Positions 1 to 8,203 of a stretch of DNA of 64,000 bases are shown piece by piece. The position numbers were made by a program, and so were the translations under genes. Positions within the stretch are counted from its first letter, which is position 1; each line of letters opens with the position of its first letter. The DNA lies in sequence record MH595538.1. The stretch is one strand, 5' to 3'. The notes under the pieces are model-generated. The model was given only the letters and a program-made list of their open reading frames with translations. It was not told the origin of the DNA and searched no databases.

Positions 1-28
1 CTTAATACAATTGTAGTAGGAGCACGCA

Positions 29-457
29 ATGTCCAACCAATCCAAAATTAATTCTGTCGTTATGCCGTTCCCGCATGTAGAAGCTTACATCCTTAACTCA
101 ACGCCCGAAGCAGAAAAGATGGCACTAGAGGCAGTGTCTCTTGCTATCTCGTCAGTGCTGCACGGAGAGAAGCCAGGAGAGTTAGTCATTGACATTGCTG
201 AGGCAATAGAACATCTAGAGCCTTTTGCAAAGGAATGTGGAGTGGAAGATGACATGCTCATAGAAGTCATTACAGAAGTACTCACCTGGGCACTTACAGG
301 AGTGAGTAATATTTCAGCCTTTGCCTCATTAACGGTTCTTCAGGAAGTATTGAAGACATCCGTGCGCATTGGCGAAGAAACTAATCAAATGTTCATTCGT
401 GCCTTGGATATGAAGAACTTAGAAGTGGGGATCCGTGATGAGACATCAAGTTCGTGA
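29..457 (+). CDS. Hypothetical protein, member 1 of a five-gene paralog-like array
   Basis: 142-aa ORF with SD (AGGAG) before the ATG; N-terminal INSVV strand resembles that of 1196..1603. Confidence 0.75.
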   Translation: MSNQSKINSVVMPFPHVEAYILNSTPEAEKMALEAVSLAISSVLHGEKPGELVIDIAEAIEHLEPFAKECGVEDDMLIEVITEVLTWALTGVSNISAFASLTVLQEVLKTSVRIGEETNQMFIRALDMKNLEVGIRDETSSS

Positions 458-833
458 AATAGTAATAACAATACCCGGCATTATGCATTGTCTGGATTTA
501 GTTCCAGATAGTAATAGTGGATGGATCGTTATTAACGGCACCGAACATGAACAGGAGATTATCGGGGAAGCTGTCTTTGAAATGATCTTTGGTCTGACCT
601 TTGATCAAGTCGTCGATAAGTTCAGTCCGCTGTTAGATGAGATATCAATTGCCAGACAGGAAGTACTGGGCGATCATCTTTCAGAGATAGCAGTAGGCCT
701 GGATAATAACCGCCATATGTTCAATGCTTATACACAGGCAATCCAAGTCATCTTTAGTGAACTAGGTCGTGATCTCAAAAATAAATTAAGAGTAATCGAC
801 CCTAATAATTTAGGATTGATGTTTTACAGGTGA
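435..833 (+). CDS. Hypothetical protein, array member 2
   Basis: 132-aa acidic ORF overlapping the upstream gene; C-terminal RVIDPNNLGLMF. Confidence 0.7.
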   Translation: MMRHQVREIVITIPGIMHCLDLVPDSNSGWIVINGTEHEQEIIGEAVFEMIFGLTFDQVVDKFSPLLDEISIARQEVLGDHLSEIAVGLDNNRHMFNAYTQAIQVIFSELGRDLKNKLRVIDPNNLGLMFYR

Positions 834-836
834 GTT

Positions 837-1199
837 ATGAATAAAGATTTACTTTCAACAGTGATTCTCCCTGACGATGGCTTCATGAACCATATACGTA
901 TGGCCCTTAGTATTCATATGGATGGACGTGTCAGTTTTGAGACATTGGCAAGAGATTGTCTTTGTTTCAGCTGGCATATGGAAAGAGGCATTGAGTACAA
1001 TCATTGCACTAATAAATATCCAGCACTTGACTATGTTTACTTTAACCAAGTCTTAACAAGGTACGGAGAGATTCTTTCTGCCCCTTCTCTAAATGCATGT
1101 TATATAGAGTTGCGTTTTCACCGTAGTTTAGAAAACGGACTTGAGTTTATGGTCAATGAATATCTGCCAAGAGACACGGCCGTAGGGAGGTTCGCATGA
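837..1199 (+). CDS. Hypothetical protein, array member 3
   Basis: 120-aa ORF tightly packed in the operon; ATGA overlap with the next gene. Confidence 0.7.
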   Translation: MNKDLLSTVILPDDGFMNHIRMALSIHMDGRVSFETLARDCLCFSWHMERGIEYNHCTNKYPALDYVYFNQVLTRYGEILSAPSLNACYIELRFHRSLENGLEFMVNEYLPRDTAVGRFA

Positions 1200-1603
1200 A
1201 GCCAAGAGGACATATTAATTCTGTCATCGTAAGGGTAAAAGACATCACTAAGCTAAAACAGCGCGAAGGACTGATGTTTGAACCTATGCTAGCCTCTGCC
1301 ATGCGCTATATTCTTCAGGGCGAAGAAGATGCAGAACAGATCGTAAGTGAGATGCGTGAAGACGGATTTGAATCTCTAGTCAAACCATGCTCTTGCCATG
1401 GCTATAATCCAGGGTGTGGATCTTGTGAGCATCTTATGCAGCAAGAAACTATCGTCTATAACTTTATCACAGACCTTCAAGAAAATATGATCTTAGGCCC
1501 AGGCTTCAGGGATGAAATCTCTAAGCTGACCATGCGGAATGGACTTTATGATGTCGACGTTGTCATCTTGGACCCAGGATCAATCGAACTTTTACTAGGG
1601 TGA
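1196..1603 (+). CDS. Hypothetical protein with Cys/His cluster, array member 4
   Basis: 135-aa ORF with ATGA coupling; contains CSCHGYNPGCGSCEH; C-terminal VILDPGSIELLL. Confidence 0.75.
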   Translation: MKPRGHINSVIVRVKDITKLKQREGLMFEPMLASAMRYILQGEEDAEQIVSEMREDGFESLVKPCSCHGYNPGCGSCEHLMQQETIVYNFITDLQENMILGPGFRDEISKLTMRNGLYDVDVVILDPGSIELLLG

Positions 1604-1609
1604 TGTATC

Positions 1610-1981
1610 ATGAACGCAATACTTCAATTGAGGGATCTACGAAGTTTAGTTCGGGAAATGTACGTTGAAGAATGCGGAGGAGAGGAAGCAGCACAGCAAC
1701 TCTCCGATACGCATGTCTATGACGAAGACCAGCTATTCCATAGAATGCTCCATGAGGTCAATCATTATCTAAAGGAAGTCATGGATATGGATCGTGATCT
1801 TAGAGAAGGTAGTTTACTGGAAATGCTACTCAGTGAAGTCGTCGATGACCTACATGAAAAGCTTCCAGTTATTGAAAGGGATTTCTTACGTAAGGAAGGA
1901 GTTCAATATTGTCTTGTGGGAAATATAACGGGAATCACAGTACTGGGTCCAGACGGAACGATCAACGTGGAGTTCTATTGA
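1610..1981 (+). CDS. Hypothetical protein, array member 5
   Basis: 123-aa acidic ORF; C-terminal TVLGPDGTINVEF. Confidence 0.75.
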   Translation: MNAILQLRDLRSLVREMYVEECGGEEAAQQLSDTHVYDEDQLFHRMLHEVNHYLKEVMDMDRDLREGSLLEMLLSEVVDDLHEKLPVIERDFLRKEGVQYCLVGNITGITVLGPDGTINVEFY

Positions 1982-2016
1982 ATCAGGTAGACCTGCATTA
2001 ATTGTGAGGACAAACC

Positions 2017-2424
2017 ATGTCTATGACCCTCTTATCTACAGTAGGTAGTTCGATTCGTTTTAATACCTATGACAATGTCAATGGAAAGAAAACTTTCGAG
2101 GGTGAAGTACTGTCTGTATTCTCAGGCAAGGCTCACCCACTGCCTGCTACTGCGAAATCTCAACATATCAATATTTACCCTTTGCTTCCAGAATCAGTAC
2201 AGGAAGTCACGCCGGATGATTACCAGCAATATAATTTCTTTACGCTGCTTCAAGAAGATGGCACAACGGAAACAATAGGCATACCGTGGGTTACTGAAAC
2301 ATCGATTGAAGAAGTTGTTGAACAATCGGTAAATATTGTCATTAAGAACTTCACGGATCCTAACTTCGATAGACTCAGACTGATCCTAGTTCAGAATGGT
2401 TACGATGTCGATAAGATAACGTAA
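2017..2424 (+). CDS. Conserved phiKZ-like hypothetical beta-rich protein (gp49 position)
   Basis: 135-aa ORF with SD GAGGA; GIPWV motif; lies just before the DNA polymerase as in phiKZ-like phages (recalled synteny). Confidence 0.7.
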   Translation: MSMTLLSTVGSSIRFNTYDNVNGKKTFEGEVLSVFSGKAHPLPATAKSQHINIYPLLPESVQEVTPDDYQQYNFFTLLQEDGTTETIGIPWVTETSIEEVVEQSVNIVIKNFTDPNFDRLRLILVQNGYDVDKIT

Positions 2425-2520
2425 TAAAAATAAACTAACTGTGCCAATAATGTGACCAGAAGCATGAATTGGGTACTCATGCAGTTAGTGATGACATTCT
2501 GGGCTTCCTTTGAAATGATT

Positions 2521-2558
2521 GCCTCTCTTCGGAGAGGCATTATTTTTTTTTTCTTTTT
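2521..2558 (+). terminator. Intrinsic terminator
   Basis: GCCTCTC-TTCG-GAGAGGC hairpin followed by a long T tract. Confidence 0.85.
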
Positions 2559-2575
2559 ACGGACCCTATCAATAA

Positions 2576-2582
2576 GTTAGAT
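2576..2582 (+). promoter_or_regulatory. GTTAGAT motif, candidate middle/late promoter
   Basis: Identical heptamer recurs just upstream of genes at 25250, 28810 and 60419. Confidence 0.45.
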
Positions 2583-2595
2583 AGGAGATTTAATT

Positions 2596-4782
2596 ATGAG
2601 TGCAGCAGAAGAATTTAGCAATCCTTTCTTCTTTGAAGATATAGGTCAATACAAAAGGGATTTTGATATCCTAGGCAACTATCAGAAAACAGTTGCACAG
2701 CACATAAGTCTACATAAAGGTTTTGAATTTGAGCATTCATTGCGTATTGTAAAGCGCATGATGGTCAAGATGTTCCCGGCTAAGTCCCCTGACATGAAAG
2801 TCATGAAAAGACCTGTCAGAGGAGATCGTAAATTAGCTAAGATTGATTTCTTAAGTTATATTGACTTTGTGGCCAAGAATGACCACATTATGACGCCGAA
2901 CCTTATTTGTTATGCTAACCCAAAAGTAGAGCGATCATTCATCGCAGGTTTCATTGATGAAAACTTGGCAGTTCGTAAAGCAGTAAAGAAAGAAGGCCAT
3001 GCGGCTAAGCTAGCAGGTAATGATGTACATGCTACATTCTGTAACCTATTGCAAGCTAACTATAAAATCCGTAACAATTCTATTTCAGGTGCAACGTCAT
3101 CAGCACACAATCCATTGTACTATACTACTGCACATACAGCCCTAACTTCTTTCTGTCGTGCAATGACCACGACAGCGAACTCAATTAATGAAAGAATGTT
3201 GGCGAGTAACCGCCATTACTTTACGCCAGATGTTGCTATTGAAAATGTTAACTACATTATCCGCACGGCTGACCTAGGTATGATTGCAGTAGCGATGCAA
3301 GAACATGGCATCGTTCCTCCTTCAGAAGAATACACTATTGATCTTATTCTGCGCTCAGGTCACAAATATTGGCGCAGTGATTTATGGGATCAGAAGATCC
3401 GTAACTTCATCAAGACACTTAGTCCAGTACAAAGAGCCGCTTTCTGTTTCTGTAATGACATGCATGCACTTCAGGAAACCAATGATAAGTACATGCGAGG
3501 TTTCTTTAATGAACTATTATGGATGCCTGAAATAGAACACCCTGATCCTGACGCCGAGTTTAATTCTACGGAAGAGGATCTCATTGTACTGTTAGGTCCT
3601 TTATGTGCTTCATTCATGGAAGGTCGTTCTTGGGGAGATCTTAAAGAAGACGATCCGTCTCTTTATGCAAGAACAGCAACACGTATTGCACATATCAAAA
3701 GAACCCTCAAAAAACACAGTGATGTGATTAGAGCGTTCTATACCACCGATGTAATGCCTCAGAATTTACATCAGTTCCCTTCAGTAGTTCGAGAAGCAGT
3801 AGTAGCGTCAGATACCGACTCTTCTATCTTTAGTTGTCAAAGACAAGTTAAATGGTACACAGGCAGTTATGATACTAATGAACTATCTATTCCTTTAACG
3901 GGAATTGTGACGTTCATGGTATCGCAAAACATTGCTCATAACCTAGGTATTCTTTGTGCTCAGATTGGCGTGGAAGAGAAACAGCTTATGCGTCCAACTA
4001 TGAAAACAGAGTTCCAGTTTAACGTCTTTGCTGTAACGCCAAAGACAAAGCATTACTTGGCGACGATGGAAGTGCAGGAAGGTAACGTCTATGATAAGAC
4101 TAAGTATGAAATCAAGGGAGTTAACCTTAAGAACTCTAAACTACCGCCTGAAGTAAAGGCAATTCTAGAGGACTATCAAAAAGGCTTGATGAATAAGATC
4201 AAGAACAATGAAGAGTTAACTCCGCAGATGGTCATGGCTGTGCCTGCCTATGTTGAACATAAGATCATGGAAGACCTGCGCAAGAACAGTGCTACCTGGT
4301 TTAAGGCAATGCAGATAAAGACCAAGGCTACTTATGCTAATACGTCGGTATATCGCTTTGTGCCGTTCTGGAATAATGTGTTTGGTCCTAAATACGGAAA
4401 GATTGAATTACTGCCAACTCCATGTATTGAGGTTAAGGTATCTTTAGAGAAACCCGCTCAGATCGATGCTTGGTTAGAGACACTGCCGCCAGACATGGCG
4501 CGTCGTGCACGTGATGCAATTAATGATGAAGAGTATGGTTTCAAGAACGGACTTACTCGAATCATCATTCCTATGGAGCTTATCATTGATAATCAACTGC
4601 CGGTAGAAATTAGTAATATCATCAATGACCGTCGCGTACTAGCCGACATGATGGGGCCATTCTATCTGACAATGATGACGACTCGTCTGCATGTTGTAGA
4701 TAAGAAGCTCAGTATCTTTGCATCAGACTTGATGACTAAAGAAGACGCTAAGAAACATCTTTGGCTGGATATAAAAATATAG
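2596..4782 (+). CDS. Family-B DNA polymerase, C-terminal polymerase part (phiKZ gp50-like)
   Basis: 728 aa; motif B-like KIRNNSISG and motif C SDTDSSIF; no exonuclease motifs in this ORF. Confidence 0.85.
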   Translation: MSAAEEFSNPFFFEDIGQYKRDFDILGNYQKTVAQHISLHKGFEFEHSLRIVKRMMVKMFPAKSPDMKVMKRPVRGDRKLAKIDFLSYIDFVAKNDHIMTPNLICYANPKVERSFIAGFIDENLAVRKAVKKEGHAAKLAGNDVHATFCNLLQANYKIRNNSISGATSSAHNPLYYTTAHTALTSFCRAMTTTANSINERMLASNRHYFTPDVAIENVNYIIRTADLGMIAVAMQEHGIVPPSEEYTIDLILRSGHKYWRSDLWDQKIRNFIKTLSPVQRAAFCFCNDMHALQETNDKYMRGFFNELLWMPEIEHPDPDAEFNSTEEDLIVLLGPLCASFMEGRSWGDLKEDDPSLYARTATRIAHIKRTLKKHSDVIRAFYTTDVMPQNLHQFPSVVREAVVASDTDSSIFSCQRQVKWYTGSYDTNELSIPLTGIVTFMVSQNIAHNLGILCAQIGVEEKQLMRPTMKTEFQFNVFAVTPKTKHYLATMEVQEGNVYDKTKYEIKGVNLKNSKLPPEVKAILEDYQKGLMNKIKNNEELTPQMVMAVPAYVEHKIMEDLRKNSATWFKAMQIKTKATYANTSVYRFVPFWNNVFGPKYGKIELLPTPCIEVKVSLEKPAQIDAWLETLPPDMARRARDAINDEEYGFKNGLTRIIIPMELIIDNQLPVEISNIINDRRVLADMMGPFYLTMMTTRLHVVDKKLSIFASDLMTKEDAKKHLWLDIKI

Positions 4783-4785
4783 AAT

Positions 4786-4811
4786 TATCCTCTCCCGCAA
4801 GGGAGAGGATA
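4786..4811. terminator. Bidirectional hairpin terminator between convergent genes
   Basis: TATCCTCTCCC-GCAA-GGGAGAGGATA, GNRA loop. Confidence 0.75.
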
Positions 4812-4813
4812 CT

Positions 4814-5875
4814 TTATAGCATTTCTAATGAAAGACGACCTAGCTCTTCTTTTAGGACAGACCGTATGTGTTTATCATCGACCTTGCCTGCAATGTTCTG
4901 CATCTTTAACCTCCGCTCTTCTCTGCGATAAAGGTTACGTACCTCGGTAATTCTCGGAGATTCATAGCAGAACTTAGACAAGGCAGTTACCATGGGCAGG
5001 CTAGATAAAGTTAATGCCCAGTCAGTCTGAAGACTATTCTTCATTTCAGGAAAAACGATATCTTGTTTTATGCTGCTATTTGTAAGGCTGGGGATATTTT
5101 CAAGCATTTGCTCATAGGTTGTACCGGGTCCCATTTCCTCAACCAAGGCGTAGAGTTGATTAACTAACTCATAGGCTTTATCTTGAACCAAGGTAGGGCT
5201 GTGGTTATCTTTGAGGTCTGTAAGTCGGTCGTAATCAGCGACTAAAGCATTGAACATCACCTGAGTGAACTGACTCCATAGCATATTAGGGTAGACAAAA
5301 CGAGAAATAAAATCCTCGGGTCTTTCTCTTTCTTCTAGTGCTTTCGCGTTATTGATCTTCACCCATTGACCATACATGTAACCTAGAATGCCCGTATCTA
5401 AATAAAGGATTGCTATTTCATCATCGCCATGTTCGGCTAGATCAGGCCGCACGATAGACTGCTTTAATCCTGGATGCCTTACTACTTTCAACGGCTGTAG
5501 ATCTTGCCAGTTATTTCGAGTGATTTCAGAAATGGTTGACTTAGACTCTGCTAGAATAATAGTTTTAGCTGAACCATAAAATGTCCCTTCGTGAACAATA
5601 CCTTCTGATCCTTCTCCGGTTAAGCCATAGACCGAAGGAATGAGATCTTGCCTAAAGAAGTTATAGTAGTCAATAGCGGTTTTGTCTTCCGGTAATGTCA
5701 TGCTATAAAGTATCTTTATAATAGGACTGGATGACGGACCACGGGTATTAAACTTTCTATAGAAGTCTATGATCTTTTTAATGCTCGCTTCTTGAATTCC
5801 CATGAGACGATTTAAAGAGATGTTGATTGCCTCTCCTCGGTTCAGTGTTTCATGGCGGTTAATAAGACTGTACAT
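4814..5875 (-). CDS. Conserved phiKZ-like protein, probably virion structural (gp52 position)
   Basis: 353-aa ORF with SD AAGGAAG on the minus strand; divergent from chimallin as in phiKZ-like core blocks. Confidence 0.65.
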   Translation of the reverse strand: MYSLINRHETLNRGEAINISLNRLMGIQEASIKKIIDFYRKFNTRGPSSSPIIKILYSMTLPEDKTAIDYYNFFRQDLIPSVYGLTGEGSEGIVHEGTFYGSAKTIILAESKSTISEITRNNWQDLQPLKVVRHPGLKQSIVRPDLAEHGDDEIAILYLDTGILGYMYGQWVKINNAKALEERERPEDFISRFVYPNMLWSQFTQVMFNALVADYDRLTDLKDNHSPTLVQDKAYELVNQLYALVEEMGPGTTYEQMLENIPSLTNSSIKQDIVFPEMKNSLQTDWALTLSSLPMVTALSKFCYESPRITEVRNLYRREERRLKMQNIAGKVDDKHIRSVLKEELGRLSLEML

Positions 5876-6053
5876 AGGTACTTCCTTTTGTATGTTTACT
5901 AATAGATTTAATATTAAAAAACATCCCTTCAGAATGTTCTAGTAGAGAACCCAAATTTTTTTATTATTGTCTTTTTACCCTAATCAGATAGTAAAGAAGG
6001 TTAGCGCCTTCTAAGAACAACTACTGTGTTGTCAATTAATGCAGTTCAAAATA

Positions 6054-6074
6054 ATTTGAGTTCTATATAACCAT
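6054..6074 (+). promoter_or_regulatory. Candidate early (virion RNAP) promoter, copy 1
   Basis: ATTTGAGTTCTATATAACCAT; near-identical 21-mers at 14054 and 59151. Confidence 0.7.
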
Positions 6075-6080
6075 GATGAC

Positions 6081-6117
6081 CTCACTTCTTAAAGTGAGTT
6101 CGGCCGAACTCTTTTTT
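6081..6117 (+). promoter_or_regulatory. Overlapping hairpins or palindrome in the chmA leader
   Basis: CTCACTT/AAGTGAG stem overlaps the perfect palindrome GAGTTCGGCCGAACTC (6096-6111), which is followed by T6. Confidence 0.5.
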
Positions 6118-6147
6118 AATTTAATTAACCCCTAAGGGAGAATAACG

Positions 6148-8115
6148 ATGGGCGACCACGGATTTAATCGTAGCAACGAAGCAAACAACCCAGAAACTAA
6201 TGAGCAAGCCCAAGTAAATGCTCAAGATCAACAAAGCATGCAATCGACTGCATGGAATGCCCAACCAAGTAACCCGGAGAAGAAAATGTCCGATCAAGAT
6301 AACGACCTTACGATTCAAGACCTGTTGGCCCAGACTGGTCATTCGACTGCCCTAGGCAGCAACAGTTCTGCTGAATTGAAAGACTTCAAAGAGAACGTTG
6401 AAGAAGTTCTCAAAAATGATCGTAACGGCAAGATGCTTAAGCTTGACCTGATCACAAACAACCCTAACCTTGCTGCCCCTGGCATCAACCTATGGACCGA
6501 GAACTCTGGTGTTCTGTTCTACTTCTCTATCATTCCTGCGTGTCTGATTGCAGAAGGTCGTCTGAACAACCGCGAAGAATATCTAAACTCTGTTAAGACA
6601 GAAATCGATATGCCGGCTTCTAAAGTCTTCGATAAAGATTACTGTGCGGCAGTAGAGTCTAGCCTGCGCTCTCAAGCAGGTCCGTCTGTGAAGCAAGTAC
6701 GTAACTGTCATTACTACGTATTGCCAGCAAGCATGTCTCTGAAAGATGAGCGTACTGCTAAGATCGTCGTAGACTTGGCGTTCAACTGTATCAGCCAAAA
6801 CATCGCTCCTTCTAAGCCGCTTGCTGCTCAAGCACTGCGCTCTAAGAAGATCGAAGTAACTTTGAACCACCAAGTAAATGACAAGCGTACTTCTCAAACT
6901 ACTGACGGTACTCCGGTAGCGGCAGACGTTGTTGTTAGCATGATGGCGCAAGGCAAGACCGAAAAGAACCAAGGTCCAAACTCTGGCATGGCTCCAATCG
7001 TTCTGTCTCGTTCTTACGTGAAGCTTGATCTAATCAAGATGGATCCTCGTCTAGGCGGCATGGGTATGCATCAAATGCCTTACGGTATGATGCAAGGTCC
7101 AGTTCCAGCGTATCACCCAGTATTGATCTTGACTGATTCTGAAGGTTACGTTGAAGGTTCTTCTACTGTTGTAGAGAACCCAGGTACTTCTGCATGTGCA
7201 TTGGCATCTCTATGTCAGCTAGCCGTTGGCCGTAACTTCATGTCATTGCTTGATACACGCACAAACCACCCACGTAACGTTGGCCTACTAGGTTATGATC
7301 ATGAACCAATGAGCAATGCTCAATGGAATCCTCGTAAACTGGTTGTAGAGCGTACTAACCAAGCATCTAAAGAAGATCACCGTACCATGCAAGAAATGGG
7401 TGAGTTCTTCTTCCATCCAAACAGCATGACTGTAATGATGGATATCGGTGATGGCACACGTTCTTCTTACGCACATGCTGTATGGCTAGCGATTGCTAAT
7501 GGCGATACTGATGCGAACGAGTACATGATCTCTATCTTGGATACGTTCACTGGCGGTCACTTCGCTAAGATGTGGGCTGAGACAACCAACAATGCAATGC
7601 TGACTCTTCCAGGTCACACGCTGATTCACAACGGTACTTTCGAAGGCAGCGATGGTGCTCCTCATGACTTGCGTGAAATCGACTACTTCTACATGCTTGA
7701 AGCGTGTAAAGAGCAGTCTGCAGATCCATCAACTGGTGTTGCTCCATTCATGGCGACATTCGCACCTGGCGCTACTAACGGTGCTGATGGTCTACGTGCT
7801 CTGGATGTACGTCGTAAGGCTTACCATAACTTCGATCCAACGGTAACGATCACTGGGTTCTCTCGTCGTGTAACTATGCATCAACAGCTATCAATGGTAA
7901 TTGCTCGTGCTGTACATGCTGCTAACCTACACTTCAACCCATCTGGTCTTTACGATGAGCAGACTAACCATCAGCTTGCATACCAAGGCTTCGTACCTGG
8001 TACTGCGGTTGACCATGCAATGGTATCTGCGATTCTACAGCCTCAGTTCAACCAGAACGGTCAGAACATCTATGGTCACAACCCATACATGCCTGGCGGT
8101 GGTTGGGGTCGATAA
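6148..8115 (+). CDS. chmA: Chimallin, major phage-nucleus shell protein (phiKZ gp54-like)
   Basis: 655 aa, expected size, disordered N- and C-termini, strongly biased high-expression codons; directly upstream of nvRNAP beta'-N, the known chimallin position. Assignment rests mainly on synteny and size. Confidence 0.8.
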   Translation: MGDHGFNRSNEANNPETNEQAQVNAQDQQSMQSTAWNAQPSNPEKKMSDQDNDLTIQDLLAQTGHSTALGSNSSAELKDFKENVEEVLKNDRNGKMLKLDLITNNPNLAAPGINLWTENSGVLFYFSIIPACLIAEGRLNNREEYLNSVKTEIDMPASKVFDKDYCAAVESSLRSQAGPSVKQVRNCHYYVLPASMSLKDERTAKIVVDLAFNCISQNIAPSKPLAAQALRSKKIEVTLNHQVNDKRTSQTTDGTPVAADVVVSMMAQGKTEKNQGPNSGMAPIVLSRSYVKLDLIKMDPRLGGMGMHQMPYGMMQGPVPAYHPVLILTDSEGYVEGSSTVVENPGTSACALASLCQLAVGRNFMSLLDTRTNHPRNVGLLGYDHEPMSNAQWNPRKLVVERTNQASKEDHRTMQEMGEFFFHPNSMTVMMDIGDGTRSSYAHAVWLAIANGDTDANEYMISILDTFTGGHFAKMWAETTNNAMLTLPGHTLIHNGTFEGSDGAPHDLREIDYFYMLEACKEQSADPSTGVAPFMATFAPGATNGADGLRALDVRRKAYHNFDPTVTITGFSRRVTMHQQLSMVIARAVHAANLHFNPSGLYDEQTNHQLAYQGFVPGTAVDHAMVSAILQPQFNQNGQNIYGHNPYMPGGGWGR

Positions 8116-8136
8116 TTAGAGTCCAATCCTAACTGT

Positions 8137-8178
8137 TACTGCCCGCTGATCAGCGGGCAGTATACTTTTCTTTTCATT
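8137..8178 (+). terminator. Intrinsic terminator after chmA
   Basis: 26-bp perfect palindrome TACTGCCCGCTGATCAGCGGGCAGTA followed by a T-rich tract. Confidence 0.85.
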
Positions 8179-8203
8179 TTTTATCCCCGCCTAAGGAGAA
8201 GAA

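Noticed and set aside
2489-2520. TGATGA...GAAA resembling a hammerhead ribozyme core
   Set aside because: The required CUGAUGA is GUGAUGA here, and flanking stems and a cleavage triplet cannot be built.
2464-2580. 38-codon hydrophobic ORF (MNWVLMQL...)
   Set aside because: No SD; it runs through the terminator, and the hydrophobicity comes from the poly-T tract.
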